Of a stretch of 64,000 nucleotides of DNA, positions 54,531 to 64,000 are shown piece after piece. The notes under the pieces were generated by a model. The model was not told the origin of the DNA and did no database searches. It saw nothing but the letters and a program-made list of their open reading frames with translations. The position numbers and the translations under genes were made by a program. The stretch comes from Paragordius varius (lineage: Eukaryota; Animalia; Nematomorpha), in NCBI GenBank assembly GCA_964247055.1, contig OZ176050.1, positions 186,001-250,000 of the forward strand. Reading direction: 5' to 3'. Within the stretch, counting starts at the first letter, position 1. Each line of letters starts with the position of its first letter.

Positions 54531-57500
54531 TAAAAATAAAAATGGCTACCTAAAATCCAAATTTGATCAGGTGATGTCGCCATAATTTTTTTTGCGTAGC
54601 CCTATGGTAGTTCCATCATCACCCCAAATATTTTGGGGATCGGACTATAAATGTAATTTTTATGAATTTTTTAAATATTTAAAAAATTTATTTTATACGA
54701 TTTTAAAAATAAAAATGGCTACCTAAAATCCAAATTTGATCAGGTGATGTCACCATAATTTTTTTTGGGTAGCCCTATGTTAGTTCCATCATCACCCCAA
54801 ATATTTTCGAGATCGGAGTATAAATGTAATTTTTATGAATTTTTTAAATATTTAAAAAACTTATTTTATACGATTTTAAAAAATGGCTACCTAAAATCCA
54901 AATTTGATCAGGTGATGTCACCATAATTTTTTTTGGGTAGCCCTATGGTAGTTCCATCATCACCCCAAATATTTTCGAGATCGGAGTATAAATGTAATTT
55001 TTATGAATTTTTTAAATATTTAAAAAATTTATTTTATACGATTTTAAAAATAAAAATGGCTACCTAAAATCCAAATTTGATCAGGTGATGTCGCCATAAT
55101 TTTTTTTACGTAGCCCTATGGTAGTTCCATCATCACCCGAAATATTTTCGAGATCGGAGTTTAAATGTAATTTTTATGAATTTTTTAAATATTTAAAAAA
55201 TTTATTTTATACGATTTTAAAAATAAAAATGGCTACCTAAAATCCAAATTTGATCAGGTGATGTCACCTTAATTTTTTTTGGGTAGCCCTATGGTAGTTC
55301 CATCATCACCCCAAATATTTTCGAGATCGGAGTATAAATGTATTTTTTATGAATTTTTTAAATATTTAAAAAATTTATTTTATACGATTTTAAAAATAAA
55401 AATGGCTACCTAAAATCCAAATTTGATCAGGTGATGTCGCCATAATTTTTTTTGGGTAGCCCTATGGTAGTTCCATCATCACCCCAAATATTTTCGAGAT
55501 CGGAGTATAAATGTAATTTTTATGAATTTTTTAAATATTTAAAAAATTTATTTTATACGATTTTAAAAATAAAAATGGCTACCTAAAATCCAAATTTGAT
55601 CAGGTGATGTCACCATAATTTTTTTGGGTAGCCCTATGGTAGTTCCATCATCACCCCGAATACTTTGGGGATCGGACTATAAATGTAATTTTTTTGAATT
55701 TTTTAAATATTTAAAAAATTTATTTTATACGATTTTAAAAATAAAAATGGCTACCTAAAATCCAAATTTGATCAGGTGATGTCGCCATAATTTTTTTTGC
55801 GTAGCCCTATGGTAGTTCCATCATCACCCCAAATATTTTGGGGATCGGACTATAAATGTAATTTTTATGAATTTTTTAAATATTTAAAAAATTTATTTTA
55901 TACGATTTTAAAAATAAAAATGGCTACCTAAAATCCAAATTTGATCAGGTGATGTCATTATAATTTTTTTTGGGTAGCCCTATGGTAGTTCCATCATCAC
56001 CCCAAATATTTTCGAGATCGGAATATAAATGTAATTTTTATGAATTTTTTAAATATTTAAAAAATTTATTTTATACGATTTTAAAAATAAAAATGGCTAC
56101 CTAAAATCCAAATTTGATCAGGTGATGTCACCATAATTTTTTTGGGTAGCCCTATGGTAGTTCCATCATCACCCCAAATATTGTCGACATAGGAGTATAA
56201 ATGTAATTTTTATGAATTTTTTAAATATTTAAAAAATTTATTTTATACGATATTAAAAATAAAAATGGCTACCTAAAATCCAAATTTAATCAGGTGATGT
56301 CACCATAATTTTTTTGGGTAGCCCTATAGTAGTTCCATCATCACCCCAAATATTTCCGAGATCGGAGTATAAATGTAATTTTTATGAATTTTTTAAATAT
56401 TTAAAAAATTTATTTTATACGATTTTAAAAATAAAAATGGCTACCTAAAATCCAAATTTGATCAGGTGATGTGGCCATAATTTTTTTTGCGTAGCCCTAT
56501 GGTAGTTCCATCATCACCCCAAATATTTTGGGGATCGGACTATAAATGTAATTTTTATGAATTTTTTAAATATTTAAAAAATTTATTTTATACGATTTTA
56601 AAAATAAAAATGGCTACCTAAAATCCAAATTTGATCAGGTGATGTCACCATAATTTTTTTTGGGTAGCCCTATGGTAGTTCCATCATCACCCCGAATACT
56701 TTGGGGATCGGACTATAAATGTAATTTTTTTGAATTTTTTAAATATTTAAAAAATTTATTTTATACGATTTTAAAAATAAAAATGGCTACCTAAAATCCA
56801 AATTTGATCAGGTGATGTCGCCATAATTTTTTTTGCGTAGCCCTATGGTAGTTCCATCATCACCCCAAATATTTTGGGGATCGGACTATAAATGTAATTT
56901 TTATGAATTTTTTAAATATTTAAAAAATTTATTTTATACGATTTTAAAAATAAAAATGGCTACCTAAAATCCAAATTTGATCAGGTGATGTCACCATAAT
57001 TTTTTTTGGGTAGCCCTATGGTAGTTCCATCATCACCCCAAATATTTTCGAGATCGGAGTATAAATGTAATTTTTATGAATTTTTTAAATATTTAAAAAA
57101 TTTATTTTATACGATTTTAAAAATAAAAATGGCTACCTAAAATCCAAATTTGATCAGGTGATGTCACTATAATTTTTTTGGGTAGCCCTATGGTAGTTCC
57201 ATCATCACCCCAAATATTTTCGAGATCGGAGTATAAATGTAATTTTTATGAATTTTTTAAATATTTAAAAAATTTATTTTATACGATTTTAAAAATAAAA
57301 ATGGCTACCTAAAATCCAAATTTGATCAGGTGATGTCACCATAATTTTTTTGGGTAGCCCTATGGTAGTTCCATCATCACCCCAAATATTGTCGACATCG
57401 GAGTATAAATGTAATTTTTATGAATTTTTTAAATATTTAAAAAATTTATTTTATACGATATTAAAAATAAAAATGGCTACCTAAAATCCAAATTTAATCA

Positions 57501-60500
57501 GGTGATGTCACCATAATTTTTTTGGGTAGCCCTATAGTAGTTCCATCATCACCCCAAATATTTCCGAGATCGGAGTATAAATGTAATTTTTATGAATTTT
57601 TTAAATATTTAAAAAATTTATTTTATACGATTTTAAAAATAAAAATGGCTACCTAAAATCCAAATTTGATCAGGTGATGTCGCCATAATTTTTTTTGCGT
57701 AGCCCTATGGTAGTTCCATCATCACCCCAAATATTTTGGGGATCGGACTATAAATGTAATTTTTATGAATTTTTTAAATATTTAAAAAATTTATTTTATA
57801 CGATTTTAAAAATAAAAATGGCTACCTAAAATCCAAATTTGATCAGGTGATGTCACCATAATTTTTTTTGGGTAGCCCTATGGTAGTTCCATCATCACCC
57901 CGAATACTTTGGGGATCGGACTATAAATGTAATTTTTTTGAATTTTTTAAATATTTAAAAAATTTATTTTATACGATTTTAAAAATAAAAATGGCTACCT
58001 AAAATCCAAATTTGATCAGGTGATGTCGCCATAATTTTTTTTGCGTAGCCCTATGGTAGTTCCATCATCACCCCAAATATTTTGGGGATCGGACTATAAA
58101 TGTAATTTTTATGAATTTTTTAAATATTTAAAAAATTTATTTTATACGATTTTAAAAATAAAAATGGCTACCTAAAATCCAAATTTGATCAGGTGATGTC
58201 ACCATAATTTTTTTTGGGTAGCCCTATGGTAGTTCCATCATCACCCCAAATATTTTCGAGATCGGAGTATAAATGTAATTTTTATGAATTTTTTAAATAT
58301 TTAAAAAATTTATTTTATACGATTTTAAAAATAAAAATGGCTACCTAAAATCCAAATTTGATCAGGTGATGTCGCCATAATTTTTTTTGGGTAGCCCTAT
58401 GGTAGTTCCATCATCACCCCAAATATTTTCGAGATCGGAGTATAAATGTAATTTTTATGAATTTTTTAAATATTTAAAAAATTTATTTTATACGATTTTA
58501 AAAATAAAAATGGCTACCTAAAATCCAAATTTGATCAGGTGATGTCACCATAATTTTTTTTGGGTAGCCCTATGGTAGTTCCATCATCAACCCAAATATT
58601 TTCGAGATCGGAGTATAAATGTATTTTTTATGAATTTTTTAAATATTTAAAAAATTTATTTTATACGATTTTAAAAATAAAAATGGCTAACTAAAATCCA
58701 AATTTGATCAGGTGATGTCGCCATAATTTTTTTTGGGTAGCCCTATGGTAGTTCTATCATCACCCCAAATATTTTCGAGATCGGAGTATAAATGTAATTT
58801 TTATGAATTTTTTAAATATTTAAAAAATTTATTTTATACGATTTTAAAAATAAAAATGGCTACCTAAAATCCATGATCAGGTGATGTCACCATAATTTTT
58901 TTGGGTAGCCCTATGGTAGTTCCATCATCACCCCGAATACTTTGGGGATCGGACTATAAATGTAATTTTTTTGAATTTTTTAAATATTTAAAAAATTTAT
59001 TTTATACGATTTTAAAAATAAAAATGGCTACCTAAAATCCAAATTTGATCAGGTGATGTCGCCATAATTTTTTTTGCGTAGCCCTATGGTAGTTCCATCA
59101 TCACCCCAAATATTTTGGGGATCGGACTATAAATGTAATTTTTATGAATTTTTTAAATATTTAAAAAATTTATTTTATACGATTTTAAAAATAAAAATGG
59201 CTACCTAAAATCCAAATTTGATCAGGTGATGTCATTATAATTTTTTTTGGGTAGCCCTATGGTAGTTCCATCATCACCCCAAATATTTTCGAGATCGGAG
59301 TATAAATGTAATTTTTATGAATTTTTTAAATATTTAAAAAATTTATTTTATACGAATTTAAAAATAAAAATGGCTACCTAAAATCCAAATTTGATCAGGT
59401 GATGTCACCATAATTTTTTTTGGGTAGCCCTATGGTAGTTCCATCATCACCCCAAATATTTTCGAGATCGGAGTATAAATGTATTTTTTATGAATTTTTT
59501 AAATATTTAAAAAATTTATTTTATACGATTTTAAAAATAAAAATGGCTAACTAAAATCCAAATTTGATCAGGTGATGTCGCCATAATTTTTTTGGGTAGC
59601 CCTATGGTAGTTCCATCATCACCCCGAATACTTTGGGGATCGGACTATAAATGTAATTTTTTTGAATTTTTTAAATATTTAAAAAATTTATTTTATACGA
59701 TTTTAAAAATAAAAATGGCTACCTAAAATCCAAATTTGATCAGGTGATGTCGCCATAATTTTTTTTGCGTAGCCCTATGGTAGTTCCATCATCACCCCAA
59801 ATATTTTGGGGATCGGACTATAAATGTAATTTTTATGAATTTTTTAAATATTTAAAAAATTTATTTTATACGATTTTAAAAATAAAAATGGCTACCTAAA
59901 ATCCAAATTTGATCAGGTGATGTCACCAAAATTTTTTTTGGGTAGCCCTATGTTAGTTCCATCATCACCCCAAATATTTTCGAGATCGGAGTATAAATGT
60001 AATTTTTATGAATTTTTTAAATATTTAAAAAACTTATTTTATACGATTTTAAAAAATGGCTACCTAAAATCCAAATTTGATCAGGTGATGTCACCATAAT
60101 TTTTTTTGGGTAGCCATATGGTAGTTCCATCATCACCCGAAATATTTTCGAGATCGGAGTTTAAATGTAATTTTTATGAATTTTTTAAATATTTAAAAAA
60201 TTTATTTTATACGATTTTAAAAATAAAAATGGCTACCTAAAATCCAAATTTGATCAGGTGATGTCACCATAATTTTTTTTGGGTAGCCCTATGGTAGTTC
60301 CATCATCACCCCAAATATTTTCGAGATCGGAGTATAAATGTATTTTTTATGAATTTTTTAAATATTTAAAAAATTTATTTTATACGATTTTAAAAATAAA
60401 AATGGCTAACTAAAATCCAAATTTGATCAGGTGATGTCGCCATAATTTTTTTTGGGTAGCCCTAAGGTAGTTCCATCATCACCCCAAATATTTTCGAGAT

Positions 60501-63500
60501 CGGAGTATAAATGTAATTTTTATGAATTTTTTAAATATTTAAAAAATTTATTTTATACGATTTTAAAAATAAAAATGGCTACCTAAAATCCAAATTTGAT
60601 CAGGTGATGTCACCATAATTTTTTTGGGTAGCCCTATGGTAGTTCCATCATCACCCCGAATACTTTGGGGATCGGACTATAAATGTAATTTTTTTGAATT
60701 TTTTAAATATTTAAAAAATTTATTTTATACGATTTTAAAAATAAAAATGGCTACCTAAAATCCAAATTTGATCAGGTGATGTCGCCATAATTTTTTTTGC
60801 GTAGCCCTATGGTAGTTCCATCATCACCCCAAATATTTTGGGGATCGGACTATAAATGTAATTTTTATGAATTTTTTAAATATTTAAAAAATTTATTTTA
60901 TACGATTTTAAAAATAAAAATGGCTACCTAAAATCCAAATTTGATCAGGTGATGTCATTATAATTTTTTTTGGGTAGCCCTATGGTAGTTCCATCATCAC
61001 CCCAAATATTTTCGAGATCGGAGTATAAATGTAATTTTTATGAATTTTTTAAATATTTAAAAAATTTATTTTATACGATTTTAAAAATAAAAATGGCTAC
61101 CTAAAATCCAAATTTGATCAGGTGATGTCGCCATAATTTTTTTTGCGTAGCCCTATGGTAGTTCTATCATCACCCCAAATATTTTGGGGATCGGACTATA
61201 AATGTAATTTTTATGAATTTTTTAAATATTTAAAAAATTTATTTTATACGATTTTAAAAATAAAAATGGCTACCTAAAATCCAAATTTGATCAGGTGATG
61301 TCACCATATTTTTTTTGGGTAGCCCTATGTTAGTTCCATCATCACCCCAAATATTTTCGAGATCGGAGTATAAATGTAATTTTTATGAATTTTTTAAATA
61401 TTTAAAAAACTTATTTTATACGATTTTAAAAAATGGTTACCTAAAATCCAAATTTGATCAGGTGATGTTACCATAATTTTTTTTGGGTAGCCACCTATGG
61501 TAGTTCCATCATCACCCCAAATATTTTCGAGATCGGAGTATAAATGTAATTTTTATGAATTTTTTAAATATTTAAAAAATTTATTTTATACGATTTTAAA
61601 AATAAAAATGGCTACCTAAAATCCAAATTTGATCAGGTGATGTCACTATAATTTTTTTGGGTAGCCCTATGGTAGTTCCATCATCACCCGAAATATTTTC
61701 GAGATCGGAGTTTAAATGTAATTTTTATGAATTTTTTAAATATTTAAAAAATTTATTTTATACGATTTTAAAAATAAAAATGGCTACCTAAAATCCAAAT
61801 TTGATCAGGTGATGTCACCATAATTTTTTTTGGGTAGCCCTATGGTAGTTCCATCATCACCCCAAATATTTTCGAGATCGGAGTATAAATGTATTTTTTA
61901 TGAATTTTTTAAATATTTAAAAAATTTATTTTATACGATTTTAAAAATAAAAATGGCTACCTAAAATCCAAATTTGATCAGGTGATGTCGCCATAATTTT
62001 TTTTGGGTAGCCCTATGGTAGTTCCATCATCACCCCAAATATTTTCGAGATCGGAGTATAAATGTAATTTTTATGAATTTTTTAAATATTTAAAAAATTT
62101 ATTTTATACGATTTTAAAAATAAAAATGGCTACCTAAAATCCAAATTTGATCAGGTGATGTCACCATAATTTTTTTGGGTAGCCCTATGGTAGTTCCATC
62201 ATCACCCCGAATACTTTGGGGATCGGACTATAAATGTAATTTTTTTGAATTTTTTAAATATTTAAAAAATTTATTTTATACGATTTTAAAAATAAAAATG
62301 GCTACCTAAAATCCAAATTTGATCAGGTGATGTCGCCATAATTTTTTTTGCGTAGCCCTATGGTAGTTCCATCATCACCCCAAATATTTTGGGGATCGGA
62401 CTATAAATGTAATTTTTATGAATTTTTTAAATATTTAAAAAATTTATTTTATACGATTTTAAAAATAAAAATGGCTACCTAAAATCCAAATTTGATCAGG
62501 TGATGTCATTATAATTTTTTTTGGGTAGCCCTATGGTAGTTCCATCATCACCCCAAATATTTTCGAGATCGGAATATAAATGTAATTTTTATGAATTTTT
62601 TAAATATTTAAAAAATTTATTTTATACGATTTTAAAAATAAAAATGGCTACCTAAAATCCAAATTTGATCAGGTGATGTCACCATAATTTTTTTGGGTAG
62701 CCCTATGGTAGTTCCATCATCACCCCAAATATTGTCGACATCGGAGTATAAATGTAATTTTTATGAATTTTTTAAATATTTAAAAAATTTATTTTATACG
62801 ATATTAAAAATAAAAATGGCTACCTAAAATCCAAATTTAATCAGGTGATGTCACCATAGTTTTTTTGGGTAGCCCTATAGTAGTTCCATCATCACCCCAA
62901 ATATTTACGAGATCGGAGTATAAATGTAATTTTTATGAATTTTTTAAATATTTAAAAAATTTATTTTATACGATTTTAAAAATAAAAATGGCTACCTAAA
63001 ATCCAAATTTGATCAGGTGATGTCGCCATAATTTTTTTTGCGTAGCCCTATGGTAGTTCCATCATCACCCCAAATATTTTGGGGATCGGACTATAAATGT
63101 AATTTTTATGAATTTTTTAAATATTTAAAAAATTTATTTTATACGATTTTAAAAATAAAAATGGCTACCTAAAATCCAAATTTGATCAGGTGATGTCACC
63201 ATAATTTTTTTTGGGTAGCCCTATGGTAGTTCCATCATCACCCCGAATACTTTGGGGATCGGACTATAAATGTAATTTTTTTAAATTTTTTAAATATTTA
63301 AAAAATTTATTTTATACGATTTTAAAAATAAAAATGGCTACCTAAAATCCAAATTTGATCAGGTGATGTCGCCATAATTTTTTTTGCGTAGCCCTATGGT
63401 AGTTCCATCATCACCCCAAATATTTTGGGGATCGGACTATAAATGTAATTTTTATGAATTTTTTAAATATTTAAAAAATTTATTTTATACGATTTTAAAA

Positions 63501-63840
63501 ATAAAAATGGCTACCTAAAATCCAAATTTGATCAGGTGATGTCACCATAATTTTTTTTGGGTAGCCCTATGGTAGTTCCATCATCACCCCAAATATTTTC
63601 GAGATCGGAGTATAAATGTAATTTTTATGAATTTTTTAAATATTTAAAAAATTTATTTTATACGATTTTAAAAATAAAAATGGCTACCTAAAATCCAAAT
63701 TTGATCAGGTGATGTCACTATAATTTTTTTGGGTAGCCCTATGGTAGTTCCATCATCACCCCGAATACTTTGGGGATCGGACTATAAATGTAATTTTTTT
63801 AAATTTTTTAAATATTTAAAAAATTTATTTTATACGATTT
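54531..63840 (+). repeat. Dispersed duplication: 54531-57289 is similar to 61082-63840 (offset about 6551 bp)
   Basis: GTTAG+AAAACTT (54704/61255), 5-bp deletion (54877/61427), ACCCGAA+GAGTTT (55045/61597), ATT+GAATA (55909/62460), GTCGAC (56082/62633) and TTTAATC (56254/62805). Confidence 0.85.
56082..58325 (+). repeat. 7-monomer tandem duplication, 1208 bp period
   Basis: GTCGAC (SalI) sites lie at 56183 and 57391. TTTAATC monomers start at 56254 and 57462, and the following GCG / CCCCGA / GCG / consensus series also repeats at +1208. Confidence 0.85.
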
Positions 63841-64000
63841 TAAAAATAAAAATGGCTACCTAAAATCCAAATTTGATCAGGTGATGTCGCCATAATTTTT
63901 TTTGCGTAGCCCTATGGTAGTTCCATCATCACCCCAAATATTTTGGGGATCGGACTATAAATGTAATTTTTATGAATTTTTTAAATATTTAAAAAATTTA

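Larger units (their letters stand above)
1..64000 (+). repeat. AT-rich tandem satellite array, 172-173 bp monomer, about 372 head-to-tail copies, running off both window ends
   Basis: The motif TAAAAATAAAAATGGCTACC recurs at 1, 173, 346, 518, 689, 862 ... 63496, 63669, 63841. All copies are in the same orientation with no non-satellite sequence between them. The consensus has 45 G+C in 173 bp (26% GC). The 172/173 bp difference is mostly T7 vs T8 in the run before GGGTAGCC. Confidence 0.99.

Noticed and set aside
59917-60099. Supplied 60-aa ORF (MMSPKFFLG...)
   Set aside because: It lies entirely within two satellite monomers. It exists only because a TAA>AAA change (about 59928) and the recurrent 5-bp deletion (about 60055) each remove a stop. 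It begins at GTG, has no regulatory context and resembles no protein I recognise.
1-64000. Primate alpha satellite (171 bp) or Arabidopsis CEN178, suggested by monomer length
   Set aside because: Only the length is similar. I recognise no shared sequence, and 26% GC is lower than expected for those families.
1-64000. CRISPR array or repeat-spacer system
   Set aside because: There are no unique spacers. The entire unit is repeated with only point variants, and no cas genes are present.
1-64000. Transposon insertion, MITE or inversion within the array
   Set aside because: Every segment read aligns to the monomer in the same orientation. The 12-bp inverted repeat is internal, imperfect and lacks target-site duplications. 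A remote TE origin of the monomer cannot be excluded but has no support here.

Overview
The whole 64 kb window is one uninterrupted, head-to-tail, single-orientation satellite DNA array of about 372 monomers (hand count). Monomers are mostly 172-173 bp and about 74% AT. The consensus, present at 2068-2240, is TAAAAATAAAAATGGCTACCTAAAATCCAAATTTGATCAGGTGATGTCACCATAATTTTTTTTGGGTAGCCCTATGGTAGTTCCATCATCACCCCAAATATTTTCGAGATCGGAGTATAAATGTAATTTTTATGAATTTTTTAAATATTTAAAAAATTTATTTTATACGATTT. I found no genes, RNA genes, transposon insertions or CRISPR array, and the single supplied ORF is an artefact of two satellite mutations. The monomer length, AT-richness and dyad symmetry fit a eukaryotic (peri)centromeric or heterochromatic satellite, but I cannot name the family or organism from the sequence alone. 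The informative signal is in the variants. Tracking shared substitutions and indels by eye shows nested higher-order duplications (2-, 3-, 4-, 5-, 7-, 11-, 12-, 19-mer and multi-kb blocks), regionally confined haplotypes, chimeric monomers that map recombination breakpoints, and deletions that remove each arm of the monomer's main inverted repeat. I see no evidence for a new protein-coding system. All block boundaries come from manual inspection and are accurate to about one monomer.
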